Positions 40,439-52,747 of a DNA stretch of 64,000 bases are shown here, one piece after another (positions within the stretch are counted from its first letter, which is position 1; the number at the start of each line of letters is the position of its first letter). Below the pieces are notes generated by a model. It had not been told where the DNA came from, searched no databases, and saw nothing but the letters and a program-made list of their open reading frames with translations. The position numbers were made by a program, and so were the translations under genes. Source of the stretch: Entomortierella parvispora E1425 (taxonomy: Eukaryota; Fungi; Mortierellomycota); assembly GCA_020891255.1 (NCBI GenBank), contig BQFW01000006.1, forward strand, positions 1,922,001 to 1,986,000, given 5' to 3'.

Positions 40439-43158
40439 TTAAAACAGGGTACCATCGCTGAGAATAGCAATTGGGGGTCCCTTGGTGTTTGGACGTGATA
40501 CCGAGGCAAGTTCTCGTCCAGCCTATTTTTTTTTTTTTTTTTTTTTCAAAGTTGAAATGTGGTGTGATGTTAGAGCGCTGGCCTTCACTACATTGGCCAG
40601 TTTATCTTCACGCCATAAAAAGTCAGCCCCTTCTTCGGGTTAAAAAAAAAACACTTACATTCCAGGTACCCCCTTGCAGGACTTGAGCCAAAGTAAGGTT
40701 GGGAAGCGCAAGCTGCTTGCGAACTTCAACAGCAACCCGGTCCAAAGTAGCAACTGTCATGGCTCGCCATTCAATGATCACAGGATCGCTTGGTTCGAAC
40801 GTGGGAACGACCTCGACAGCAGGTTGACCGGGCTTGAGAGCATTGTGCTTATAGTTGGCCAGGCCGCGTGCTTCCTCGGTGGGCTTAAGCGACATGAATC
40901 CAATATCAACCAACAGACCACCTGTAAAAGTAAAAGGATATCAGAGGTTTGATTAGAGAGTTGGAAAGAGATAAATGTCGGCTCTTGAGATAATGCATCA
41001 AATCGTACCATTGCGGTATTCGGGAAGGCCAGTCAAGAGGTTGGAATGTTCCCATTCAATGTTCAGCATGGTCTCCAGGGGCTCCATAATCGAATAAGTC
41101 ATCCACTGTGAGAGCTTGTGGAAGGGAACAAGATGATCCGTCGAATCTGCAGCCGCGCCTGGTGTCTCGAGCGAGTCGCAGGGCCAGACATCACCCAGAG
41201 AGACTCCGTTGAAGGATGTGCGCGATGGGGGCCAGACCTCTGCAAAGCCATCAATGACCACCTTGAAGAGAGACTCGGTACGGACCACATACTTGTCCTT
41301 GCGCCGAGGGCGGTCTGATCCTTCCTTGAACAAGTAGTCTAAAAGTAAGAGCATTGGTGGCGTTAGTCAGTTGGTTTTTAGAATTTCCAGACGAGTCGCG
41401 TCCTGAAAAAAGCAGAATACTGGAGGACCTGATACTTACCAACCATGTTTCCTGGGCGGAGAGGCTATTTGGGAAGAGAAAACAATGGCGGATGAGTTTT
41501 AGGGTAAGAAGACAAAAGACCGTTTGCCATTAACAGCGATTGACAAACAATCATCTACTCACAGCATTGCTCTCCGTGCCTGCAAAGAACTCTGGGTGCA
41601 ACTTGAGGGATTCGCCAAGACGTTTGAGCATCTCCCATCGACCTTCCAGGCCCAACAATGGGTTCTTTTGATCATCCACCTGGAATCCCTCGCGCAGGCT
41701 CTCGAGAGGCAGGTTGCACAGACCATCGGCTAAGTGCAGAAAACATGAGATTTTATGTCAGTCAACAGGTCGCAAAAAAAAAAGCAAGGGTTTGTTTTTT
41801 TCTTTTGTGACATTCCCCGTAAACTTTTTATCCCGCGCATCAAGGGCAAAAGGACAAAGTAAACAACACCGAGCGCACAGAAAAGAGGCGTCGGATGATG
41901 GACGGAGATCGTCATCGTATCTCTTTGACGACCGACGGAAAGGTACAAAGTGCAGAGAGAGAAAGAAAGAGAGAAGGAGGGGGGGACTCATCATTGCACC
42001 AACATGGTTACACAGCAGGCTTCCCGGGTGCCTTTTGCTGAGGATCGGCAGCAAAAAACCACAAGGTGACAAGGACCTCCTCGCGCCCCAGACCATTCAC
42101 CAAGCTTTCTTTTCCCCCTTTCCAACTGAGGAACAGATCTGGACAGGAGGTCATCACGGCGAAAGAGAAGGATGGGTCGGGGGGCATCAATAAAGCCAAC
42201 AAGAGGGGGCTGCAAGCACAATGAGAGCACATGAGGGGAAGTTGTGGGGGTCCCAAAGTGAGAAGAATGGTTGAAAGGCAGAGACCAGCAGTGCAGCAAT
42301 GGCAAATCGAGATGGCGGGGTAAGCAAGGGGTGAAAGCAGAGAAGGTGCAAGGCAACAGCTGGTAATCGCGAGCAGAGAAAAAAAAACCCCCCCCTTCCC
42401 CATGGGCAGGTCAAAGGGAGGCTTTGCATGATTTTCACAGGTACGAAGAAATCTCGATGGACCCACCACCGTATGACCCTATGAATGTATCCACACACGA
42501 CCGAATGTAGGAACTGCCCAACCACCCGTGAGTAAATACACAGGACACAGGGGCAGAGAACACGCAACGGCAAAGAATGATTTGAGCAGAAAACGGCTCC
42601 GCCAATGACAGGCTGGTTGCATCATGAGACCCTTTGAACGTTACCATCGACTTGGTGGCTGCGGTGAATGTCGCTGGAAAACCGACCCTCTTTGAACATG
42701 GACAGCGAAGCCAACGCCAGGCCCTCGGACCGTGTGTACGAGCGAGTGATCTTTTGTTGAATGTTGTCGGGCTTGACCTCAAACGACCAGCGGTCGCCGG
42801 CACCGGCATCCAGCAGCACCGACACCACGACCAGATCCACCAGGCGGCGGACTGTCTCCATGTTGTCGACACGACCCTTCCAGCTCTCTAAGAGCTGTCC
42901 GATCCGATCTTTGGAGCCAATCTCGAAATGACGCAGACGGGTATGGGGAGGGATTGTCGGGATGTCCTTGGCATCGTAATCACGCTTGATCAGCGAGACC
43001 ACAAACTTGGCCACGTCATTCAATTTGTCAAAGTCCACGTCAAAGTGCTTGAGCTGATTCGCCTCTGCCTTTGCATAGACGAGTTCAGAACGCTCACGAA
43101 TAGCGGGAAGGGACTTTAAGTAGGCGATCTTCTCTGCGGCAGAAGGAGATGGCGACAT
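40439..43158 (-). CDS. URC4: DUF1688 protein (Urc4/Urg3-like uracil catabolism protein), multi-exon
   Basis: LKSLPAIRER, PPHTRLRHF, DLVVVSVLLDAGAGDRW, RSEGLALASL, LVPFHKLSQWMTYS, LTGLPEYRNG-GLL, IIEWRAMTV, QVLQGGTW-..GRE, ILSDGTLF*. Confidence 0.9.
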
Positions 43159-45615
43159 TATGGGTCAAGTTGTTGTCTTGTGGAGGGATACTTGGCGAGG
43201 CGATTTTTGTTCGGTGCGTGAGAATCCCAAAGAGCAGGGCAAAAAGCAATCCGAGTAATAGGCGGAAGTGGGGGATCCGAGTGAGTAGGCTTGCGGGTGG
43301 ATGGTGGGCGAGAAGACGAAAAATTGGTGTAGATGGTGGGAGTGAATTGAAGGGATGAACTGGGGAAGGGAAAGAGAGAAAAGCAAAGAAGGACTCGTGT
43401 CCGCATTTAACGAAATCGCGGATCTTGCCTTCGAGGCGTTGCGTTGCTTTTTGTTGCCAGGGCGCATCAATTGGGGTGTCTGGTCAGACGGTGGACAGAG
43501 CGGGCTACTGTTTGTTTGCAGTGGTTTCTGTGCTGCGATGCCCATCTGCATCCCATCCGTGCAGCTCTGCAGTGCGTCTTAAAATTACCTTTGAGGCAAC
43601 AGACGGCTTTCAAGGGGGGGAAGAAGGTCTAGGTGGTGTTTGAGAAAAAAGTTCTAGGTGTTTGTTCGAGACAGTGACCGCCACGGCGACAGAGTCTATG
43701 GTCTGCAGTTCTGCTCAGCTCAGGTGGTCCCCGGATAGGAGTAACAGGGACAAGAAAAAGGTCCCATGGCCCACATGGAGGGTATGATGACCATACGGGG
43801 TGACATCGTGCAGCGCTAAAAAAGAAAATGAACCGACTCGGCCGCTTCTGGTCCCTGTCCTGTCCTCGTCCGTCTATCTCCTTTTGGCCTGACCCTTGAG
43901 CTTCTAGGCTAGCCAACACCGTTTATGTCCTTGGTCTGGTTCGGTATCATGAGGGACCTGTTCGGCAAAAGTGGACACCGTCCACCCGTCAGCCTCAACA
44001 CTAACATCATCTTTACGCGTTCCCATCATTTCCGGATGTTACTACCCCTTCTTTCCCCCCGTCCAGTCTAGAGCTCCCTGCGTGAAGCCACATGTCGCGC
44101 TCGGTCAGGCCCCAGAACCTCGTCAGCTATTAATAAAATAAAAAGCTCATGGTTACAAAAGCCCTTGGCGTCGTCATTGTCCATTTCGAACCAGTGTATG
44201 GGAACCATTGGTTGAGCTCCCATGCTCCTTTTTATCAAGCTTGCCTTACTCGTCCCCCCCTTGCATTTGACTCGTCCCCTTGTTCCGCCCCTTCATCTCT
44301 TTGCTCTCTGCTTCTTTTCATACAATCCTGAGCTTGCTCATTCTTCACCTTTTTTCATTTAACTGTTGATGAGGAACCAAGGGAGGAGGGTAAAGATCTA
44401 TCGGCCACGAGCTTGTAAGGAGGGAGGGGCGAATAGATAGGAGTCATTGTTCCTTTTTTCGCCCGTGGACTTTCTTTTTTTTTTTTTAATAAGGGTCGGG
44501 GTGGAGAAGGGGCGATGCCGAAGATACTCCTTCAGAGGGATGAATGGAATGGTACTTGCCTGCGTTCACGCGTTCTGCGGGGTCCCTTTCTGGTCTATGG
44601 GTGGCAGGGTCCAGGTGTGAGGGAAGCCAAAAAAAAAAAACACCACATATCGTCCATCTGCACCTGCACTCTGGGAAGGAACACACAGGCGGACATCTCC
44701 GGACAGGCACAGAGGATTGCTCGGTCAGAGACAGGCTCCTTTGACTTTGGACAACACAAGCGCGGGGAAGTGAGGTTGACAAGAATGGTGCCTGTTTGGC
44801 TCTGGGAGCGAGAACAATGAAAAATAGATTTTGCAATTGCGTGGGTGGGGATGAGAGCAGAGCACCTACGCTTCCAGCCAACATCGTGGGAGGAGAGAGC
44901 GGTGGAGAGAGTGGAGTGGGTGCGAACGGATGTGGAAGAGCAAGGTTTGACCAAATCACAAATCACGGTCCCACCAAGGGTCAGGGACGGACGGACGGAC
45001 GGGCGGGCAGACCCGCGATCTTTGTTTCTCTCGCTCGTCTGTTGACTGAGAAGGAGCAGGACATCAATGATATATAACGAGAGGGATGAACAAAAGAGAT
45101 GATCGTCGCTGAGTTTGCGTGGACTGCAGAGAGGCGCTGTTCCTTGCAGAGTGCAGGTTGGACCAAAGCGAGGCACGCAGACAGGCACCGAGACAGAAAG
45201 AGAGAAGAGCGCGGCCAAGAAGGGACAGCGATCAGATCGGAGCAGACAGGAGGACGTCCAGCAAGAGAACCTTGTCCGTAATCTGAGCTGAGCTGAGCTG
45301 AGCTGAGTGTGGGATGAGAACAAGAGAGGATCCGTTGCGCTGATCTACTACTGTACTGTACTCCTACCTACACGTACCTCTGTCCTCTGTTGCTCTGCTG
45401 GCCGATAAGTTTTTGAGTCCCAGCCAGAGGAGAAATGTTTTTTTTTTTCTCAGATTGTCTTTTTGTGAGTGTCCTGCCCCTGTTCCCTGCTGTTGTGTCT
45501 TTCCTCGTCCGCCCGTCTGCTTCCGCTTCTTTTTCTGCTCCCTCTCGTTTCGCATCTCTCTTCTTCTTCTTCTCCTCATCTCCTATTCCCCCCCCATCAC
45601 CCTAATACCATCACA

Positions 45616-47729
45616 ATGTCCTCCATCCTCAAGAAGGCCGCCGTGGTCTCTATCCCCACCGTCCGCCAGGCTCTTGCCCGCTCCAACCCCGTCTTGGCCA
45701 ACGCTCTCTTGGCCAAGCGTCAGTACAGCAAGGGCGGTGTCGAGGTAATCATCCCCTTCCTCCTCCCCAAAAAGAACAAAAAAAATACTAGACTCTCACC
45801 CCACCGCCACCACCTTTGGAGGGATACCCGCCAACGATCGACAGCTACTCCTCCTCAGCCAACAAAAGGGCAACCACAACAACTCCCTGCAGACTCTCAA
45901 CAACGGCTCAATGCTATATCGAGATAATCGATCTCACTGGCGAGAGATAAACCCAACAAAATTCACACAGCGACAGCGCAGGGAAAAAAATTCGATAAAC
46001 ACAAACAGAAAATATTAATGAGCGATTCGACCCACAAACGCCCTCTCGGTCAGATTCATGGGGTGGCCAAACAGGGACGATCGCTGCCAATGAGAAGGAA
46101 ATCTCGAGGACACGGGGAAAAAGGAACCGACCAGAGAAGCGAATTCACCAATTGAGCTGCACAAAGGGCAAAGGGAAAAGAGAAAACCTCACTCGGAAGC
46201 TTGATCTGCCCTGCAATCGCGCAGACACGATTTGATGAGCAGATGCACGGGCAGTGGCTAAACATTGAGTGTCCAGAAACTCTCACGGTGGCAGGCATGC
46301 ACAGAACCATGTCCGAAAGAGACCCTGTGGACTAACGTTGTGCAAATCAACTGTATGAATTGTCCTCATAGATGACTGTCCGTGATGCTTTGAACTCTGC
46401 CTTGGAGGAGGAGATGACCGCTGACGAGAAGATCTACTTGATGGGCGAGGAGGTCGGTCAGTACAACGGAGCTTACAAGGTACAGTGGATTGAAGCAATT
46501 GCACCACAGACGGACAAAGGTTGCGCCCTCAGGGCTCAGCTTTCGTCGATACGTCGATACGTCGATACATGTGAATAGGACAATGGTCAGGAATGAAATG
46601 CTGATCCAGCTTCTCGACGTTCCTCAATCAATCTGTGTCTCTAGGTCTCCAAGGGACTCTTGGACAAGTTCGGCCCCAAGCGTGTCATTGATACCCCCAT
46701 TACCGAGTCTGGTTTCTGCGGTCTCGCTGTCGGATCTGCCTTTGCTGGATTGAAGCCCGTCTGCGAGTTCATGACCTGGAACTTCGCCATGCAGGTAACG
46801 ACTCTCTCCCAAAGATCGATTTGCCTCTAGATCAGGACTTGCCTCTGCTCCAGCGGGACAATGTTGCTCATCCTTCATTCTTTGCTCTTTTTTTAGGCCA
46901 TTGATCAAATCGTCAACTCTGCCGCCAAGACCCACTACATGTCCGGCGGTAACGTTACCTGCCCCATCACCTTCCGTGGCCCCAACGGTGCTGCCTCCGG
47001 TGTCGCTGCCCAGCACTCCCAGTGCTTCGCTGCCTGGTACGGTTCCGTTCCCGGTCTTAAGGTCGTCTCCCCCTGGAACTCTGAGGATGCCAAGGGTTTG
47101 TTGAAGGTAAGACCTACGGGAAAGAATGTGTTATTAATGATCAATTGGCTCAGAGTGAAAAAAAAAATACTCACCCAAACCCATTCATGTTGCTGCAGGC
47201 TGCTATCCGTGACCCTAACCCCGTCGTCGTCTTGGAGAACGAGCTCATGTACGGTGTCTCTTTCCCCATGTCTGAGGCCGCTTTGTCCAAGGACTTTGTT
47301 ATCGAGATTGGCAAGGCCAAGATCGAGAAGGAGGGCTCTGACATCACCATTGTTGCCCACTCCCGCTCTGTCGGTTTCGCTTTGGAGGCTGCTCACCTCT
47401 TGGAGAAGGAGGGTATCTGCAAGGCCGAGGTTATCAACTTGCGTTCCATCCGCCCCTTGGACATTGACACCATCATCAAGTCCGTCAAGAAGACCAACCG
47501 CTTGGTCACCGTTGAGGGAGGCTGGCCCCAGTACGGAGTTGGATCCGAGATCTGCGCCCAGATCATGGAGAGCGAGGCTTTCGACCACTTGGATGCCCCT
47601 GTTGTCCGTATCACTGGTGCTGATATCCCCACTCCCTATGCCCAGAACCTCGAGACCTTGGCTTTCCCCGACACCGATGTCATCTCGCGTGTCATCAAGC
47701 GCACCCTCAACAAGAAGATTGGAGCATAA
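45616..47729 (+). CDS. PDB1: Pyruvate dehydrogenase E1 beta subunit, mitochondrial, multi-exon
   Basis: Presequence, [100 protein letters not shown]. Confidence 0.97.
46544..46567. repeat. (CGTCGATA)3 octamer tandem repeat in a PDB1 intron
   Basis: Read directly. Confidence 0.85.
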
Positions 47730-48019
47730 GAAAGAGAATAGCATCGTGTAGTCATTATCCTTTTTTTTGTTGTTGCATTTTTCTTTCCAGTCCTTTCCCT
47801 CCCCCTTTCCCTTCCTCCCTTGTACCTTCATATTCCAAAATATACATTAGCTTCAAAGCAACCACCACTCTTTGGATATTTTGCATTCTCGAACGAGAAA
47901 AACCTAGTGATTGGCTTGGATCTTGAGCAAGGTGATTTGTTAAGGGTATACACTCATATGGACGAGCGAGCCAACACGCGCAAAGGAATCGCCTCTTTGT
48001 CCACCCATTCCTCTCCTTC

Positions 48020-50128
48020 ATGATCACCTCGTGCTCTACCCTGCGGGCTCGCCAGCTGTGCCATGCAGCCGGGTCCTTGTCTTCATTCGGACCTAGGTCA
48101 TTCCTCAGACCCATTCTTGTGCGAAATGGATTCTCGATTCGTCTTTCTCATTCAGCCACTCCAGAGGCCACGGCTGCGTTCCTTGCCAGTCACCCCTCTT
48201 TGCCAACGTCGACTCTGGCCAAACGCGGATTGAAGCTTTCGAAGCTCGGCTTTGGTGCCTACAGAGTCAACGGATCGCAGCCATCCCATGCTGCGGCATT
48301 GGTCAAGGCGATTCAGTCGGGCGTGAACGTGATTGATACCAGTTCACATTTTGGACATGGTAAGTCAAGATAGATCGCAGAGACGACTGGTCGATGAATT
48401 GATGTCAAAAGAGCTAGCACTGAATACGAGCATTGTTCTTGGTTATGGGAAATATAGGAGCATCGGAAACTTTTATTGGAAATACGCTGGAAGAGATGTT
48501 TAAGCAGGACAAGGTCAAACGCGAGGTAAAAGGATCAATGCACTCTGATCCGGCGCTACCTGGATTTCAAAAGGAACAAAATGGCAGCCTCTCAACAGAT
48601 CCTCCATCTCATCTCAAATATGTCCTTTCCTCATCTATTTTTCAACTCTAGCAATTGGTGGTCGTCTCCAAGGCTGGATTCATCCTTCCAACCACGGCAC
48701 GATTCCCGGACGAGACGCTGTCCAATGTCGACTCTTTTGCCAAAATTTCAGAAATGTCGTATCATTCGATCCATCCCACCTATCTTGAATCGCAGATTAC
48801 GGGTTCACTGGAGCGTTTGAAGCTGGACAAGCTGGACATTTTCATGCTCAATAACCCGGAGCGGATGTTGGGCGACCGCAATTTGCCAGGAGGATTTGGA
48901 AAGACGAGGCTGTACAAGGAGATTGCAGAGGCTTTCAAGTATCTGGATCAGGAAGTGGAAAAGGGAAGAATCGGAGGGTACGGCATCTGTTCGAATGCGC
49001 TGCATATCCCGACGACGGAGGATCACTTGTCCCTGAAGGCGATTATGAGGACACGCCAGGATTTCCAGTGGAAGGCAGAGAACTTTCTGGCCATTGAGGC
49101 ACCCTTGAACTTGTTTGAGCGGGACCTGGTCACGGATGTCTTCCCCACCAAATGCTTGGCGCGTGAGGCCAACGTAAGAGCACTGGAAATATGGACGTTG
49201 TATTTCATCCCTCATTGTTGCTGACTTTATACGACATTCTCTACGATTATATTCGACAGGATCTCAATATCTTTGTCTTCACTAATCGGCCACTGAACGC
49301 GATCGCGGCGGGACAAATTATCACATTGGAGAACAAGGATCAGCACAACCGTCAAGGTAACATTTCTTTTAATTTCTCATTTCTTGTTGATTTTGAGGTC
49401 CTGTACTTTATCCGTTGCGGGATCCCCTTTGCCTTGGCTAATTATTGCGATGCTATTTTTTTTTCTTTCGTTTTTCAGAAATGTCGACACAGTTGCTGGA
49501 GACCCTGGACTTGAGTTTCAAGTCACTTGCAGAAATGGAGCTTGATATCAAGGACATGATCGAGGAAGAGTCCCTGGCCATGAAGTTTGTCTGGAGCGAA
49601 GTTCTTTCAGAGAACCTTCCTCGACTCTCGTCCAACTATTTTGCCGCCAAACATTTCCTGGAACGAGAGGTATTGCCAGCCATCGACCGGGATCTCAAGA
49701 CTCTTGAGGATAGCAACAAAGAGTCCTCGACGGACGAGGAGGACGGAGCAGCGATCTTGTCATGGATCGATCGTTACCGGAACGAGGCCAAGGCCCTGAC
49801 ACAGGATATTGCCAAATTCTGTCAGTTGGATTCAGACAAGCGGAACGATGAACTGAACTTGGTCTTGGGCTTGATCTGCCAAGAATTCGTGACGGATGTG
49901 GGACCCAACAAGGTCGAGGGCGGGTCGGGTCAAATCGGTTCGCCCTTGTCGACCAAGTCGATTCAATTTTGTACAGCGCAGAAGCATGTTGGGTGCACCC
50001 TTGTGGGAATGCGTCAGCCAGAGTATGTTCAGGATGCGATCTATGCAGTCGAGGCCAGTCCAAGACTGACAGAGGAGCACTTGGGCTTGATTTCTCAATG
50101 CCCTCTGATCCTCGCTACAGAATCATAG
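48020..50128 (+). CDS. Aldo-keto reductase-fold protein with putative mitochondrial presequence, multi-exon
   Basis: LSKLGFGAYR, GVNVIDTSSHFGHG-ASE, VVVSKAGF, SLERLKLDKLDIFMLNNPE, KGRIGGYGICSN, PLNLFE, CTLVGMRQPEYVQD. Arg/Ser-rich N-terminus lacking acidic residues. Confidence 0.8.
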
Positions 50129-50446
50129 TGTTTTGTTTGGGATCTTGTTGAAAATAAAGGAAGCATTGTGGCGCACACATCATTTTAATGTGGTGATAGG
50201 GTCGTCGATAGAAAGTACAAATGTAAAGACAAGTATAGGTGTATGTAGGAACAAAAACACAGCGAGTATGGGATAGCAAGGACTAAATACAACGGAAGAT
50301 AGAGTATATGTATGGTATCGGGTGAAGATCAAGGGAGTGGCATCTAGCATGTGTATCTTGGTGGATGGGCAAAGGAAAAAAAAAATACAACTCAAGAATT
50401 AAGACGACGATTAAGATGGGTGTTTGTTTTCAGCTTCCCAGGTTCC

Positions 50447-52747
50447 CTAGTATCCGCCACGACCGCCTCTAGGCGGTTGGTTGAGGTATTGGTTTCCACC
50501 ACCGGCATTGTCCTGTCTCCTTGTCGGACTTGGGTGGTATTCTTGTGAGCTATATCCAGCTTGTTGTTGTTGTTGTTGTTGTTGTAGTTGTTGTTGTAGT
50601 TGTTGCTGCTGCTGCTGGTAGTAGAACTGCTGCTGCTGTTGTTGTTGTTGACTGGATGCATACCCTGGACGAGAATTGTTGTTCCGACTGTAGTATCCTG
50701 CGCTCGTGCCATCCATTGCACTACTATGTTGACTGTCCAGGTCAGATCCTCCATAAGGCGAGACTGGTCTTGGGACTTGTCCTCCAAAATTGCTGCTGTA
50801 TTCGTCATATCGCTGAGCACGAACGGGTGGTGGCGTTTGGCCAGCTACCATGGTTGCCGAGGAAGAAACAGTGTAGGGCGAAGGTACATTGCTCCGACTG
50901 TTGTAGTTGTTGTTGCTATTGTTGTTGTTGTTGACGCCGATCTGACTGTTGCTGGAGGAGCTGCCACCACTGTAGAACTTTGGCTTTCCTACTGGAGCGT
51001 TATGGTTGACTATGTAGCCTGCTCCATAAGCTCCTGTCAGATCGCGTGCACTTCCACTGCCACGAACGCCCTGCTGATTTGCAATGCCACCATACGGAGA
51101 TCCATTGTAGCCATCGTCTTCACTCGTAAACGCAGACGTAGCATATGGGTTGCTGTTGTTCAGTGGGGCCGTGCCCGCTCCTGGTACCGCTGCTGCTCCG
51201 AAATAGTCATAATTTCCCTGCTGTTGTTGTTGTTGTTGTTGCTGCTGCTGCTGAGGCTTATATGGATGCACCACAGGCGAATATCCATAGCCAGCGGCTG
51301 ATTGCTGGTGTGGTGTCTTGAGTGGTTGTGCTCCTGCGGTGGTATTCTGGCTATGATATCCGTATCCAGTGTTTGACGAGGCCGCGACATTGTTGTTGTG
51401 ATGGAGAGAAGGCGCCAGTTTAGGAGAGTAATTCGCTCCTGGAGCTTTGGGTGCGGCCGGAGGGTCTAGGACATCCACTTGGGGCAATGTAGGCTCTTGC
51501 ATGGTCATGTCCTTGCTCTTGCCTGCTTTCTCGTCCGCGGCACGCGATTTGGATTTCTTGCGGATCAGCTCGTCAATTCTATTTATGACAGAAAAAAAAA
51601 ACAAAAGAGCGTCGTTTTGAATAGGGGGATGTGTAGAGGAGAAGAAGAGAGGAGGAGTGAGTTGGAAGCCGCGTGGGTGCCACAGCACAAGAGAGAGAGA
51701 GAGAGAGAGAAATACATCAACAACAACAAAGCAGACAACTTGCTTACCTCTTGTCAATCTTGTGGCAACAAAACTCTTTCAGATTGCCTTGGATATGACT
51801 GACCAAAGGGATGTAAAGGAAGATGGCGCTCAGCAACTTGAGCAGTGAGATGATGAACATAAAGACGGTGAAGATCATGGCCCCAAGCGAGATCTTTTTC
51901 AACAACATGTTGGGTCCAGGGACAACGTCGTTCCAGTCAAAGACACCATGCTTTGAAAAGTTGAAGGGATGCCCTCGGAAGGTCTGGTACAGAATCGTAG
52001 CATTGATGACCTGACGCGGCGCATCGGCCAAGATCAATCGCTTCCAGTCTACCAGAAGAAGAGTCTTGTGTCAGTCTTCCTTTGCTTTTACAATGCAGGG
52101 GGTCAGCAAGACCACCCAGGGTGCGTGACCTTCACTCCCGGGGGTTCAAAAACATGTGTGATTTTGGAAACTCAAAACAAGGCTGGGCCTGACTTTCCCA
52201 AACAAACAAAGCACAGCCCGGCAAGCATTAAAAAAAAAAAAAAAAAAAAAAACTTACTCCGGAAGGTAAAGAAGCAAAAAAATGCAACCTCGTCCACCGT
52301 CTTGCGCGAATTGTTGATCTGCGCAAAGAAGCAGAAATGAGGGTACGAGCGCACTGTATAGTACCGGCTCGCAATCATGGACGTGAATGCATACGAGATA
52401 TCGCGCGACTTGATAATGTTCCTCGCCCGTCGGATCTCCAGGCCCAGTAGCAGGAACGACAGTAGGATGCATCCCGAGAACAGGTACTTGTAAACATCGA
52501 ACGGCAGCTTGCCAAACAACTCTAGTTGGACCCCTGACTTTGGTACAAACGAGTTCTCGTTCGAATTGGCCAACAAATTGGCGGCGGTAAAGATATCGGA
52601 GCAATAAACGAGGATACCACGGATGATGGCCGCAAAGACGAGCATGTAGGTGAACTGTCGCCAGCAAGAGTTGTCAATAAAGTCGTCTACATTGATAAAG
52701 TCAAACTTGTGGTCCTGAACGACCTCGCGTTTCCATTGGGCGCCCAT
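50447..52747 (-). CDS. KCH1: Kch1/Kch2(Prm6)-type fungal potassium transporter (KCH family) with Q/N-rich tail, 3 exons
   Basis: N-terminal WKREVVQDHKFDFINVDDF, hydrophobic segments (ILVYCSDIFTA; ILLSFLLL; LYIPLVSHIQGNLKEFCCHKIDKRI), then a long disordered tail. Confidence 0.78.

Noticed and set aside
44486-45323. ORFs in the URC4-PDB1 divergent region
   Set aside because: Low-complexity translations with no motifs; consistent with promoter or UTR sequence and (CTGAG)n repeats.
46935-47831. 298-aa minus-strand ORF
   Set aside because: Antisense shadow of codon-biased PDB1.
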